Of a DNA stretch of 64,000 bases, positions 21,331 through 34,359 are shown piece after piece; position 1 is the first letter of the stretch; the number at the start of each line of letters is the position of its first letter. The stretch lies in the NCBI GenBank assembly GCA_030390025.1, contig CM059432.1, positions 67,706,001 through 67,770,000 on the forward strand. The letters are read 5' to 3'. The translations under genes were made by a program, and so were the position numbers. The notes beneath the pieces are model-generated. The model made no database searches. It saw nothing but the letters and a program-made list of their open reading frames with translations, and was not told the DNA's origin. This DNA is from Squalus acanthias. Taxonomy: Eukaryota.

Positions 21331-22084
21331 AGATATAGAGGCATAGAGTACAAAAGCAAGGAAGTTATGATGAACCTTTATAAAACCCTGGTCTGACTTC
21401 AACTGGAGTTTGTGTCCAATTCTGGGCATCGCAGTTTAGGAAGGATGTGAAGGCCTTAGAGGGGGTGCAGAAAAGATTTACAAGAATTGTTCCAGGGATG
21501 AGAGACTTCAGTTATGTGGATAGACTGGAGAAGCTGGGGTTGTTCTCCTTAGAGTAGAGAAGGTTGAGAGGAGATTTGATAGAGGTGTTCAAAATCATAA
21601 GTGGTCTAGACAGAGTAGATAGAGAGAAACTGTTCCCATTGGCGAAAGGGTCGAGAACCAGAGGACACAGATTTAAGGTGATTGGCAGAAGAACCAAAGG
21701 TGACATGAGGAAAAACTTTTTTACGCAGCGAGTGGTTAGGATCTGGAATGCACTGCCTGAGAGGGTGGTGGTGACAGATTCAATTGTGGCTTTCAAAAGG
21801 GAATTGGATAAGTATCTGAAGGAAGAAAATTTTGCAGAGCTACGGGGGAAGGGCGGGAAAGTGGGACTAGCTGAAGTGCTCTTGCACGGAGAGCCAGCAC
21901 AGACTCAATGGGAAAAGTGGCCTGCTCTGTGCTGTAACCATTGTATGATTCTATGATTCTATGATTTTAAGTGGTGGGGACTGTAGTTGCATCTTCTCAA
22001 TTCTGGTAACATCTTTGTAAATCTTTTCTGCACTTTCTCCAGTGTTTCAATATGCAAGCCAGGGTTGCAATGAGTGAATGACTT

Positions 22085-22402
22085 ATATCCCTTTAGCAGA
22101 GAGGTCAATAACCAGGGGGTATAGTTTTAAATTAATTGGTCGAAGGATTAGAGGGGAGTTGAGGAGAAACTTTTTCACCTAAAGGGTGATGGCTGTCTGG
22201 AACTCACTACCTGAAAAGGTGGTAGAGGCAGAAACTCTCATCACATTTAAAAAGTACTTGGATATGCACATGAAGTGCTGTAACCGCCAAGGCTACGGAC
22301 CAAGAGCTGGAAAGTGGGATTAGGCTGGATAGCTCTTTTTCAGCCGGCACAGACACGATGGGCCAAATGGCCAAATGCCGTAACATTTCTATGATTTCTA
22401 TG
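22085..22402 (+). mobile_element. CR1 3'-end fragment
   Basis: Similar to the other CR1 3' ends, with an ATGATTTCT tail. Confidence 0.75.
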
Positions 22403-23595
22403 AGATCACTGGGAATATCACAAAGTATCAGAAATGGAGGAAATTATTTTGAATGCACTAAAATAAATTAGCTTGATCATCTCATGCCAGTACTTGAAAG
22501 GCATTACATGATTACTGATTAACATCAATGAAATGAAAATCAAATGGGTTCTATAAAGGGCCTGCAATTCAGTCCACCAGATTACTGGCTCCGTATTTCA
22601 TAGTTTTGTCTGGAAGACCAATAAGGGATAATTGATCTTCCAGATGTTCACCACATTTGCATCTACCATGTGCAGCAATGGGAAATTATTTTTGTTTCGT
22701 CTTTCCTTTTCAAAATTCTTTTTAATTTCAGCATTATCTGCAGTCAGCCTATTCTCAGTTGTGCAGATTTTGTTCTTCCTACCATTATTGTTGCTGTCTT
22801 GAAGAGAATTGTATCAATACTACTTAGGTATGATATGGAGTGAAACTGGAAAGAGCAGTCAGTGAGTCGTATATCAACTGACTTCTGATATACATTCTCT
22901 CTTGTTTTAATATTCTAATGGCTATTCAAAGTATGTAAAGTACAAGAAGCATAGTTAATGTAGGAAATATGTGATGTTTTTTTCAGCAAGTGAGTTTGGG
23001 GAATTGTATTTTTAATGTCAAATTAATAATCTTAGAAGTCCTTGAAGTATTTCACAGTCATGATGCATAAAGTGTAACATGAATAATACATAAAGCTTAA
23101 TGAGGAGTTTCAGTCTAACTTTAACCTTTTATTATATATTAAAATCAATTGTAAAAAAAATAATATTTTCACAAAATGCAAAAGAAACATATGCTTAAAT
23201 CACATAAATGATATAATAATCTGTGCTGCAGTAACTGGCCATAATGAAAATTGATAATTACTTACTGTTAAAGGGCAAAATATGACTAAATACATTAAAT
23301 AAATTAATATTGAAAATTAAAGAATGGGGTGTCTACTGCAATAGACTGACAGAATCACGATACTCATCATGAAGGAGTCTTGAGTAGAACAATAACCAAA
23401 CACAAGCAACATCTTATTATCTTAGCTTTTCAAAAGGAATTAGACGATGATAGCATCAAAACAACTGATTAATCTTTGTGATTCTCAAAAAGAAGGGAGT
23501 GATGCATTACAGTTTATGGAAAATTAGGTCTAAAAATTTGATCATGCCCAAAGAACGGGTGCACAGGGACCACGTAAAATTGGTGCTGGCAGTTG

Positions 23596-26420
23596 AGGGT
23601 TAAATTGGGCCATGTAGCACCCATTTTGTAGGTGCTATGCAGCCAACTACGACTCAATAGGATCTGAGATGTGCGCACATACTTTTGATGGGAAGCGTGT
23701 AGGACAGCATCTTGGTAAAGAGGTTTGCGCGCATGCTCCTAACGACTGCCAGCAGCATGCAGAGCAGGGAGATCATGACACGAATCAGTGTGCAACGCTG
23801 ATTTGAAGCCGCCACTGCCATTTTGCAACTCCACACTCTAGCCAACGCTCTATCTTAATCTTGCACAGCTGAACACGATGTTAAACAGCATGAAGGACCC
23901 ACACCAGCGCTACTTAAAGGAATCATGACATACTTACAGAATAGTTGTTGGATTATTGCTTCTGGCTGCTGGTGCAATTGTAGTTGTTTTTGGAGGTTTC
24001 CTGTATTTTAAAATTTAAGTAAGTCCTCTACAGGAGTGGTCTGGCTGGTCTTGCAGTACTTTTTGTGTAATAGTGTCAGCTGTAGCTCAGTTGGTTGCAC
24101 TCTCGCCTCTGAGTCAGAAGGATTGTGGGTTCAAGTCCCACTCGAGGGACTTTGAGCACTGAAATCTGGGCTGACACTCCAGTGCAGTACAGAGGGATGC
24201 TGCACTGTCAGAAGTGCCATCTTTTGGATGAGATGTTAAACCGAGGCCCTGTCTGCTCTCCCAAGTGAATGTAAAAGATCCTGTGGAGCTATTTTGAAGA
24301 AGAGCAGGGGAGTTACCCTAATGTCCTGGCCAATAGTTATCCTGCAATCAACATCACTTAAAAACAGATTATCTGGTCATTATCACATTGCTGTTTGTGG
24401 GAGCTTTCTGTGCGCAAATTGGCTGCCATGTTTCCTACATTGCAACAGTGACTACACTTCAAAAAGTACTTCTTTGGTTGTAAAGTGCTTTAGGAAGTCC
24501 TGAGGTTGTGAAAGGTGCTATATAAATGCAGGTCTTTCTTTTTTATTTAAAATATTGTGCTGAAAAAAGTTGCTTCCAGACATGGGTGGCCTGATAGGGC
24601 TTTCTCTGGATATTAAACCTGACTGGGAGAATGAAGAGAGGCCACACAGAGCAGGGCAAGCTGCTAGAAGAGGGAGGGGGAGGAGGAGGAGGAGGAGGGG
24701 GAGAAGGGCTCTCAGCAGGATGCCTGTAGGGAGTAATTCTCTTAACTCAACTTCAGTAAAAACCAATGCATGAGACATCTCCACTTCACATACTTGATCG
24801 TGACTGAAATCTGCCAACTGCTGCAGCCACAACTGTAACCTCAAAGCAGGGAAAGGACATCATTGCTTATGTCTGTCAAAGTTATGGTGGCTCTTAATTT
24901 TTAGGTGACTGGCTCCTTCTAGGCTTCTGCTGGAGATATAAGTAGCATAATCACAATTTGCAGTACACAGAGAGACAGTTTAATCTCAATCCCTCTTGCC
25001 AGAGACAAGCAGGCAGAGCGAGCAGGAGGGTTTGCACAGATTGCAGGCTTCCCCATTGACTACACACACATTGCGGCCCGTAATTTGCGGCATACGCGAA
25101 AACCCAGAACTTGCGATCTGTCCAACTTCTGCCCAGCGAATGCCCGTGAAATTCTTACACCTGGTAAAAGCAGGTGGAAGGCTCAGGCCATTTAGTTCAG
25201 TTCGTTCCATCGTGGGGCCGTAGATCGCATTCATCTGTCACGGGTTGTATGTCTACTATATCTATTTCAATCGCATGTAGTATCTGATTATGCTTAAACT
25301 GTAGCTCTCTAATAAAAAGCCTTACAACTCCTAAGACCCTTTGGGTAATGTGTGTCTGACCTGTGATCCAAATCTTACACCCTTCTCACACCTCCACCAC
25401 CTCCAGCCTCACTATTCACAATGCTCCCCTCCCTCGCTTCCCTTCACAATCACTGAACCACACTTCACTCCACCTACTTCATCTCATACACTCACACATA
25501 CCACTATTGCAACCTTCAGTCCCGCACACTTCACATCACATCTTACACATTGCATACCAACTATTCAACCATGACAGACACATTCTCTAAACACCTCACA
25601 AGACTGCCATTAACACACTCTCTTCGTTCTTACAAGAGAAAGTCATGCACAACCTGAGACAGGACGCTGCCACTGGAGAAGGTCAAGTCTGCCTGCATAC
25701 CCTCTCCCCCATGGAAGAAAACATGCTGGCCATCACGGGCAGGGCAGAGTCATGACCGTGGTGACAGGCAATGCTGGAGGAGATGTCACACAGGGTTTCT
25801 TCACACCGTATCCTTTTCTTCCTTCCTTACTTCTATCTCACCCTACACACTCTACATGACAAACTGCCGCTGCTATCAGCAGCCACTTCTCTCTCCATTC
25901 ACATTAAATGTTAACCGATGTACCTCTCTTTCATTTCAGGTGCTGAAAATGTAGAGATACCTCTGGTAATTCAGGAAGAGGAGACCAGCCTTCCTGAAGA
26001 TGCATCGTCACTCGATCTCACCCTTGCAAGCACCACGTGTATTTTGGAGGCTGGGCTAGAGGAGGGGATGTCACATGGTGTAGGAGCTAGAGCAGGGGGA
26101 GAGAACGCCACAGGTGCCAGCTTCCCAGAGAATGGGATCGCATACTAGAGGACTCAGGTGCAGACTTTGAGGGCCCAAGCTAATAAAGAAGGCTGATGGA
26201 CATGTACCAAGAAATGCTAGGTGCACTGGCCTCAAGGCCCGCAGCTGCCTGAGGTCGTCCACTACAGCTATCTGGTGTCCTCAATGGAAGCTCAGCAGCC
26301 TTCCACCTCCCAAGCTGTAGCCACTGGGGAACCACTTCTTAGAAGCACTAGGATAATTGCACAAGCACAGAAGACAGGCACTAAGTGCTTGCACAAGGAT
26401 GATTCATAATTATTTCTTTT
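23596..26420 (+). mobile_element. Degraded Harbinger-like relic (transposase N-terminal and Myb-gene fragments), boundaries approximate
   Basis: Arg-rich transposase N-terminus and a VKV..ALNF...GS remnant at ~24580-24950. Fragments at ~25630-26400 resemble the Myb-gene exons of the 30-34 kb element. Confidence 0.5.
24075..24547 (+). mobile_element. tRNA-derived SINE (Deu/SacSINE1-like) with L2-type tail
   Basis: A box TAGCTCAGTTGG, B box GGTTCAAGTCC, central GGATGAGATGTTAAACCGAGG and tail GCTATATAAATGCA. A second copy lies at 26720. Confidence 0.75.
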
Positions 26421-26719
26421 AACTATTAGATACAGATGGAATGGAGTTGATTTGATAAATTTGATATTTCTTCTGGATTTGGTATTGATATTATTTGTAG
26501 TGAAGTGAGGGCCTGAAAGAAGGCAATTGGATTGTAGTAGTAAGGACGGTAATGATAAGGATTGAGAGACTGTTGGTGTATTGGGGATGGGAGGGATGGT
26601 TTAGGTGAAACGCTGTTCAATGAGTCTCTCTGATAGCTCTGCCAGTGAGAAGGGTTAAGTGTATAACAGGCGACCGATTCGCTACAGCCCATTTGACGCC
26701 TTTTGCAGTAGGCTTGATT

Positions 26720-27672
26720 ACCATGGCTCAGTGGTAGCACTATCGCCTCTGAGTCAGAGGGTTTATGGGTTCAAGTCACAATCCACAGATTTGAGCACAT
26801 AAGCCAGGCTGAGGGAGTGCTGCACTATCAGAGGTGCTGTTTTTCGAGTGAGACATTAAACCGAAGCCCCGTCTGCCCTCTCAAGTGGATGTAAAAGATC
26901 CGATAGCACTATTTTGAAAAAGAGCAACAATAACAACAACTTGCATTTATATAGCGCCTTTAAAGTAGTAAAACATCCCAAGGTGCTGCACAGGAGCATT
27001 ATCAAACAAAATTTGACACTGACCCACATAATGAGATATTAGGACAGATGACCAAAAGCTTGGTCAAAAATGTAGGTTTTACAGAATGTCTTAAAGGAGG
27101 AGAGTGAGGCGGAGAGGTTTAGGGAGATATTTCCAGAGCTCAGGGCCTCGGTAGCTGAAGGCACAGCCGCCAATTGTGGAGCAATGAAAATCAGGGAAAG
27201 AGCAAGAGGCCAGAATTGGAGGAGCACAGAGATCTCAGAGGGTTGTAGGGCTGGAGGAGGTTACAGATATAGGGAGGAGTGAGGCCATGGAGGGATTTGA
27301 AATCAAGCATGGGAATTTTAAAAGCGAGGCATTACTGGACCGGGAGCCAATATAGGTCAGTGAACACAGGGTTGATGGGTGAACGGGACTTGGTGCGAGT
27401 TAAGATATGAGTTTCGGATGAGCTCAAGTTTATGGAGGGTGGAAGAGCAGGAGAGCTCTTCTCTGTGTGCTGGCCAATATTTATACCTTAGCCAACATCA
27501 CTAAAACAGTTTATCTGGCCATTATCTCATTGCTGTTTGTGGGACCTTACTGTGTGCAGATTGGCTGCTGCATTTCCTACATTACTACAGTGACTAGACT
27601 TCAAAGTAAGTCATTGGTTGTAAAGCGCTTTGAAATATCCTGAAAGGCTCTCTATAAATGCAAGTTCTTCTT
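26720..27672 (+). mobile_element. Second tRNA-derived SINE copy, interrupted by an L2 fragment
   Basis: Colinear with 24075-24547 apart from the insertion at 26927-27442. Confidence 0.75.
26927..27442 (-). mobile_element. L2 LINE 3' fragment with 7-bp TSD
   Basis: Reverse tail CAACAACTTGCATTTATATAGCGC; AAGAGCA is duplicated at 26920-26926 and 27443-27449. Confidence 0.75.
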
Positions 27673-27866
27673 AGTTTGCTTCAGGTCTCCGTTAATGTTC
27701 ACATGGATGTGCATGTTGAAGATAAACAAACTCTTGGGTATGAAGGAAGATCATCCTGGCAAATCGTTGAGGCTGGATCACTGATATTATATTGCTAAGA
27801 GCTTATTGCTCAAGCTTATTTATATTTTAATTGAAGGTGCCTATCATAGTTTTCCCATAGTTCAAT

Positions 27867-29300
27867 TGTGAAGAAATATGCCATATTTCAGAAAAATACA
27901 CCATCCTATGAAATAATTCTGATTAAAACATGACAAACTAGGTTTGAAAATCTGAAAGCCTCAACAAGGAAAAGCTGTAAACACCATACAGGCTTTTGAG
28001 ATAAGATAAGTTGTTGACACTGAAACAATAGCCTCATTGAAACAGAGGGTTAGAGGTTCCTGAAAGTCTGAAGTTTTGGAAAGAGCACAATGGTATAATG
28101 TTAAGGTGTCATAAACCAACACTTCGGGAAATGAAACACAGAACATTAAAGAAAATTATGCCTTCATAAATATGACATCAAATGAAACACAGGAGACATC
28201 AAATGGAACAGGAAACACGATTATGTGTTGCAACCAGTTGAGGTAGCTAAGAAGACAATGAGATACCCGGTTGAGGTGTTTTTAATTTACATGTTGTAAA
28301 AAGATACAAACAGAAGACTTTCATAAATATGACATCAATAGATGCAACAACCATCACATTGTTTTTGTGTTGAACTTGGAACACCTAGGAGACATGAAGT
28401 CTGTAATACAACCAGCTGAGGTGACTTAAGAATTGAACAGGAGACCTTTGTAAAAATGACATCAAATAGAACCACTGCTGTCACATTGTTTTTATGATAA
28501 GTTTTGATAAGTTTTGAACACCTAAAGGAGGAGACATCATTCTTAATGCAACAAATGAACTGACTGTAAGAATAGCAGGGGTCAACAGAAAGATGACTAG
28601 AGATAATTAGCTTACATCAGCAGAAAACTTCAAAGGATATACTACTGAAAAAAGGGTATAAAATATAGAACTTTCAAATAGGAAGACAGAATTTGCTGGA
28701 AGGGGCAAGCGATTCTCAGCTTCAGAGACAGGCTCTGAAATCTACAACTCTTTGAGTCTCGGGTAATCAAAGATATTTGATTTTGGTGGATATCCTGGAA
28801 TAAGAATAAGACATGGAAATGTAAAAATGTAACGATGTTAAGATTTGAGAATAAGGATCTCTGAGAATAAGAATTGTAAGCTATTTGTTTTTGGAATTGT
28901 TAAAGTCGCGATTGAATCACCAGCTGTAATTACATATCGGTTCTTTAATAAATCTATATATTTTTAGAATTGTCTCACATAGTACTTCTGTATCAAACTC
29001 GCAAACTCAATCTCTGTACACTCTTTGGTGAGGAGTTGCAGAATTCTGGGGGAGTTTTCCGGACCCTCATGATATCCGGAAGGTTACAGTCTAGTTAAAC
29101 TTATTAAAAGTGCTATCTGGAGGATGGTAACATCTTCAGGTCGTTCCTTTCCTTTAGGGAGAGATAGTCTGGACCTTTAGACCCAATTAAGTGTCATCTA
29201 GGATTCGGCTACCTCTAACTTTAGTTGAAGGTGAACATCTGGGGAATATGCCTGATCTGGGGTGGCCCGAAAAGGGCTAGGACTAGTAATTATCCCTTCA
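27867..29300 (+). mobile_element. Probable solo LTR (1434 bp)
   Basis: TGTGAAG...CCCTTCA flanked by CAAT on both sides; internal direct repeats, TATAAAA at ~28657 and AATAAA at ~28947. Confidence 0.6.
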
Positions 29301-29389
29301 CAATTAGTGAGGTCTTAGTGAGGACTACTAAAGTAACTGCCTATTAAACTGGGGAACATCTAAAATTTTCACTAAAGATGCAACAGAAT

Positions 29390-29720
29390 GATTCAATGGT
29401 GTATTATTTCAAATTATCCATAATGATCAAATAGGTTTGTAAAGGAAACAAACATGATTCAAAGATTAGTAAATGTTATCCATGAAACCAGGTCTTGATG
29501 AACAATGAAGTTCAATGATCTGGAAGCAAAATTTTGAAAATTTGACTTTGGCATGAATTTTAACAGTAGCATTAGGATCCTGTATGACAAACCCTTTGCT
29601 TCCCTTTTCTCAAAAGGATTAATTTCTTTCCCATTCGTTAGCTAATGAAGTATGAGGTAGGATTACCCTTGGTCCTCCCTTCTCTTTGCATTGGCAATTG
29701 TTTGCAGACACTGAATATCA
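29390..29720 (+). pseudogene. Ancient L1/Tx1-like RT relic
   Basis: Degenerate DQ.GF, I..LY..P and R.G.PL.P.LFALAI-like motifs. Confidence 0.45.
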
Positions 29721-30604
29721 AAATCCGAGTGTGAGCGGCAAATTACACCATAGGCTCAATTTTAACCGGGAGCGGGAATCAGGCAGGAAGGTAGCGAGGT
29801 AAGCATTAAACATGTGCTTAACGCTTTAAATGGAGCATAGTTTGATGATTCCCAGCCAGTCACAGTAATTTGATGGTTTTGTCTCTACGTAAGAGTCTCT
29901 TGTGTTGATTGATGTTACATCAAGAGGTAGAATAGGAACAGTTCCTGCAAACAAATAAACAGAGATATATTCAACATAATAAAGAAAAATTCTAAGCAGT
30001 TTAAGCATAAAAAATGATTTTAAGGGAGTCCCATATACATTGGAAAAATAACAGGAAAACTATCAGGACTCTGTGGCTGCGATTTTGCCGGCGCTCAGAG
30101 GGCGGGTTTGGAGGCGGGTCAGGAGTGAAAATCTAAATGATTGTGAACTCGCCGTCAACCCGCCTCTACGCAACTTTGCAAAGTGTCGGGTCTGGGAGTC
30201 CCGATCAGACCTGACACCAAGCGGCGGGAGAGGCACTTAAGGCAGGTAACAGCTTGTTAACTGCCTGCATAATCCTATTTCAGCAGGATCTTCCCATTTT
30301 ACTACATTTTCAGCGTGTTGCACGTCGTGCGACAAACACGCTAGCTGATTGTGCCGGGTTCAGCAACTAGCTGAATTCTTGACAGCTGGTCCTGCAGCAT
30401 AAAAGCGGATCTGAAACATGGCTGACTTTCAGATGCCCGAACTTTGTGTTTTGAGGTTTTGGAACACATTTTGCAGGTCTATTGAGTTTGTAAGTATTTA
30501 AGCTGGGATCCATATGCACTGTGACCTCCTTGGAAAACCCTCTCCCCACATTGACTGAGCGCTTATAACATCTGTTCCTCAACTGAGATATATATAACAG
30601 CGGA

Positions 30605-31822
30605 ATGGGAACCATTTATATCCTCTCATGCTGGTCCTCAGAATCGGAGGAAGAGCAGCCGCGGCAGCAGCAGAACCAGGTACAACAGCACCAGCAACAA
30701 CAGGTGTGCCAACCTTGTCCTCAGCCACCTGATGCTGCACAGGGCAGAGAGCGTCAGCGCAGGGCTGCACCTCGCCGCAGGAGATACTCCCAACACAGGG
30801 TTTACAGGCAGAGGATGAGTTTCCTCAACATGAGTGAGCAGCAGTGCCAAAGGAGGCTGAGACTTTTGCGAGAGGTAGTCGCTGACATATGCGCAATGCT
30901 GCACCAACACCTGGAGCCCAGAGGAGTGGGTGGACACTCCTTATCAGTGGCTGTCAAAGTCACCACCGCACTCAACTTTTTTGCTTCAGGGTCCTTCGAG
31001 GGATCAGCAGTAGACATCAGCGGCATATCCCAGTCGGCCGCACACACTTGCATCACGAAGGTTACCGATGCCCTCTTTGCAAAGTCGTACAATTACATCC
31101 ACTTCTCCATGGATGAAGCAAATGTAACTGCGCATGTGGTTGGCTTTGCAAATATGGCAGGCTTGCCAAGGGTGCAGGGCGTCATAGACTGCACACATGT
31201 GGCCATGAGGGCATCCCATCACAACCCACCTGCATTTGTCAACCGCAAGGGCTTCCACTCCCTTAACGTCCAGCTGGTGTGTAACCACAAGAAGAACATT
31301 ATGCCTGTTTGTGCCAAGTTCCCTGGCAGTTGCCATGACTCGTTCATCCTGCGGCAGTCTACTGTGCCTCAGCTGTTCAATCCGCCAACCCAACTTTCCG
31401 GATGGCTACTTGGAGACAAGGGCTATCCCCTGAAGATGTGGCTAATGACACCGATAAGGAGGCCATCAAACGAAGCTGAGGAGCACTACAATGTGAGCCA
31501 CATTTCCACCAGAAGCATCATAGAGCAAACCATCGGCTTGCTCAAAATGCGATTCAGATGCCTCGACAGATCTGGTGGAGCCCTACAGTACTCACCAGCC
31601 AGGGTGTCCAGAATCATCGCGGTCTGCTGTGCACTGCACAACATCGCACAGTAGCATGGCTTACCGCTGCCTGAGGAACAAGTGGCTCAGTGCACAGCCT
31701 CTTCCTCCTCGGAGAAGGAGGAGGAAGACTTTGTGGAGGCGGATGTGCCAGTTCCACCAGCACGCGAGCACATTGCTGGCTGTGAGGCAAGGGATGCACT
31801 AATGCATGCCAGATTTGCATAA
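30605..31822 (+). CDS. Harbinger (HARBI1-like) DDE transposase with premature TAG at 31652-31654
   Basis: [60 protein letters not shown]. The frame continues past the TAG through an acidic tail to [12 protein letters not shown]. Confidence 0.9.
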
Positions 31823-32108
31823 GTTTATGAAGCAAACACATGTGGCAGCCACATGGAAATGAGTGTCTAGCCAACCTTCTTAACACACCATACAGCATCT
31901 GTACAATAAACTGTGGGTTCCTATCACTCTCACCACCATCATTACAGATGAAAGGCGCCCTGACCCCTCACTGTGACACTTCCACTTCTGGGCACACATA
32001 GGCCAACTCTTTGAATATTTGCCATCGCATTTCTTTATTACAATTGAAATAACGTTGAGAATCTTCACTTTGTATTCGATCAAAACACCCAAGTGACTAC
32101 CCTTGTGA

Positions 32109-33989
32109 CTATTTGTGTGTTAACTTTCTCTTACACATGCTTCTATGTGGTGCTTCCCTGGTGGCTTCAGCAGATGTTGAGGCACCTTGCTTACTTACAT
32201 GCTGCACCTGCTTCGACACCTTTGGCGGGCATCCTCTGGGTTTGGGAGCCTGGGAGGGCTCGGCAACAGTCTGCTCCTCCTGCGGCTGTGCAGGGACTGA
32301 GAAGGCCATCTCAGTTGGGTGAGGAATCTGGGGCTCTGACCGAGGGCTCCGCAGTGGCATGGGAGTGTGAGCACTTGGAGAGGAGCCCACACTTCCTTGT
32401 TGTCGACCACCAACATCCCTCTCATGGGTCGCCTGCACTTCACTGCTAGCTAGTAGCTGTAGAGCACCTTGCTGCACATCAGTGGGGCCATGAGGACCCG
32501 TCTCTGTACTGAGAGTCCTCATAACGGGGATGTCCATGTACCTCTGGTTCCTCTCCTCAATAGATGCCCATCTATCCTCCATAGCAGACCATCTATTTTG
32601 AAGAGTCACTATGTTCATTTGCATCTGGCGATTTATGTCCTTCATGGAGGTTGCCATCCATTCCGTGGTGGCACCTACATTCGCCATTGAGTGCACCACG
32701 GCATTGCTCATGTTTGAGATAGACTCCTCCATTCTCTGCACACTCGCAGTTACCGTGGATGCAAACCCTGTCAGAGACTCCTGCACTTTTTGCTGAAGTT
32801 CCAGCACCGCTCTCTTTCTGGATGGCCCCAGAGGCACAGAGTCCACATGCAGCTGAGCAGAGCTAGGAGCGCCCTGCGGCCTCCGACGAGGACTCTCCAC
32901 TGCTGTCGCTGTCTCCACCATCTGCTGATGCTCACTTGTGAGCTGTGATACACCAGGTGACAACACTAATCTATCTCGCACATGACCCACCGAGGTGTGC
33001 GTCTCTGCGCTGGTGCTGCGAGTGCTCGATTCTGCTGACACTGCGCCCTCAGAGGTTGCAGCTTCCTCTGAGGAGCCTTCCGGCTCTTCTTCCTGGACAG
33101 TGGGGAGGGAGGCTCTCGATGGTCCTGTGGGGGAGTAAAGGCATGAGTTAGACATGTGATATTAACGTAACAGACACATCTAATTGTGCAGATGATCAGA
33201 ACTCAATCTGTATGAACATCAGATGCCATATCAGTCACTCATGCAATCTAAATGAGAGGGTTGCAAGTCTATTCTGTCACCAGCTTGCTCTACTGTGCCC
33301 GTCTCTCTGTCCCCCACTTCCAGCTCCTCAGCACCTCTGACGATGTTGAGAGCAGCCTCCTCAGCGGTGGTCAAGTGCGCCATTGAAGGTGGCCCTCCTC
33401 CTGTCCTCCCCCTCTCCCTCTTATTGTGGGCTCTCTTTTCCTGCAATGAAGGACACAAGTGGAGTTTGAGTGAGAACGTTGGAGTGAGTGTAGAAATCCA
33501 TAGCATAGATGCTTAGAGGGAGACAAAGATGGCGTGAGGTGCCAATGCCAAGGGCCCTCCCTGTGCGTTGTTAGTTGTCATTGCATAACAGTGATAACGA
33601 GTGTGAGGGGTGCATAGTAGAATGGTGAAGTGATTCTGTAAGGGATGTAATGGTAAATTGGGATGTGCAGGAGTAGGTTGACAATGCAGAGTGCTGGTAA
33701 TGAGAGGAGATGGGGAGCAGATTGAAGGTAAGTGTGATGTTATACTCACTTTTGCTGAGCGTAGCAGATCATTGAACCTTTTGCAGCACTGCACCCAGGT
33801 GTGTAAGCACAAAGACCTGGCACTAACCTCCTCAGCAATTTGCAGCCAGGCTGCCTTGGTTTGCTGAGGAGGTTTCCTCCGTCCATTTGAGGGAAGCAGA
33901 ACCTCTTTGCGCCCTCTCACTCCCTCCACAAGAGCATGGAGGGAGTCATCATCGAATCTTGGAGAGGCCTTTCCTCTTGAAGCAGTTAT
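32109..33989 (-). CDS. Harbinger Myb/SANT-like DNA-binding protein, 3 exons (33989-33750, 33440-33281, 33124-32109); start codon apparently ATG>ATA
   Basis: PRF...W..IAEEV...TWVQC.KRFNDL and RTGGGP motifs. GT/AG junctions keep the frame (phase 0 then phase 1). The paralog at 56211 begins ATG ACT GCA. Confidence 0.8.
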
Positions 33990-34359
33990 CTCGCTATCTG
34001 CCACACAAAGAAGCATCAGAATATGAATGAAAAACCACAAGGCTGCATGGGCCCCTTAAAGCTCCTGAATGGAAGACATCAGCAGAGGCGAGCAGCAGAC
34101 CCGAACCCACTGATTGGGCCGGGTAACACACACGACGGGCTTAATAAGCCCAGTTAAGGGAAAATAGCTAATTCAGAGCGGCTGAAACCAGCAGCGGTAC
34201 CGGAACCCGGCAACCAGCCAACCCGACTCCAACCCGCCGCCGATGGTAAAATTGCGGCCTGAGACTTTGATGTGTTATGAAATTGTGTGGGCTATACAAT
34301 CATTATGGCAAGTGGTTTGGCATTGCATGACATCCTGGGACAAATTCCGCTATAGTTGC

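Larger units (their letters stand above)
1..21965 (+). mobile_element. Decayed CR1 LINE that hosts nested insertions (own pieces: 1-110, 12864-13638, ~18747-20847, ~21335-21965)
   Basis: Esterase ORF1 (IVIGDSIVRG...) is split by the provirus. The endonuclease sequence breaks at NI..YK (13638) and resumes at DREGKK..VAVL (~18755). RT motifs GVPQGS and KFADD; 3' (ATGATTCT)n tail. Confidence 0.8.
30075..34259 (+). mobile_element. PIF/Harbinger DNA transposon, near-intact two-gene copy
   Basis: Imperfect TIR GGCTGCGATTTTGCC/GGTAAAATTGCGGCC, flanks TGT/TGA, convergent transposase and Myb/SANT genes. Confidence 0.85.

Noticed and set aside
24075..24145. tRNA gene
   Set aside because: The A and B boxes belong to a SINE head that continues into SINE body and tail.
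29826..29960. Strong-looking minus-strand splice acceptor with a short open frame
   Set aside because: No matching donor and no protein similarity recognisable by eye; the same applies to candidates near 40866 and 62567.
30605..31654. Domesticated host gene HARBI1
   Set aside because: It is flanked by TIRs, paired with a Myb gene, carries a premature stop and has related relics nearby, so it is a transposon copy.
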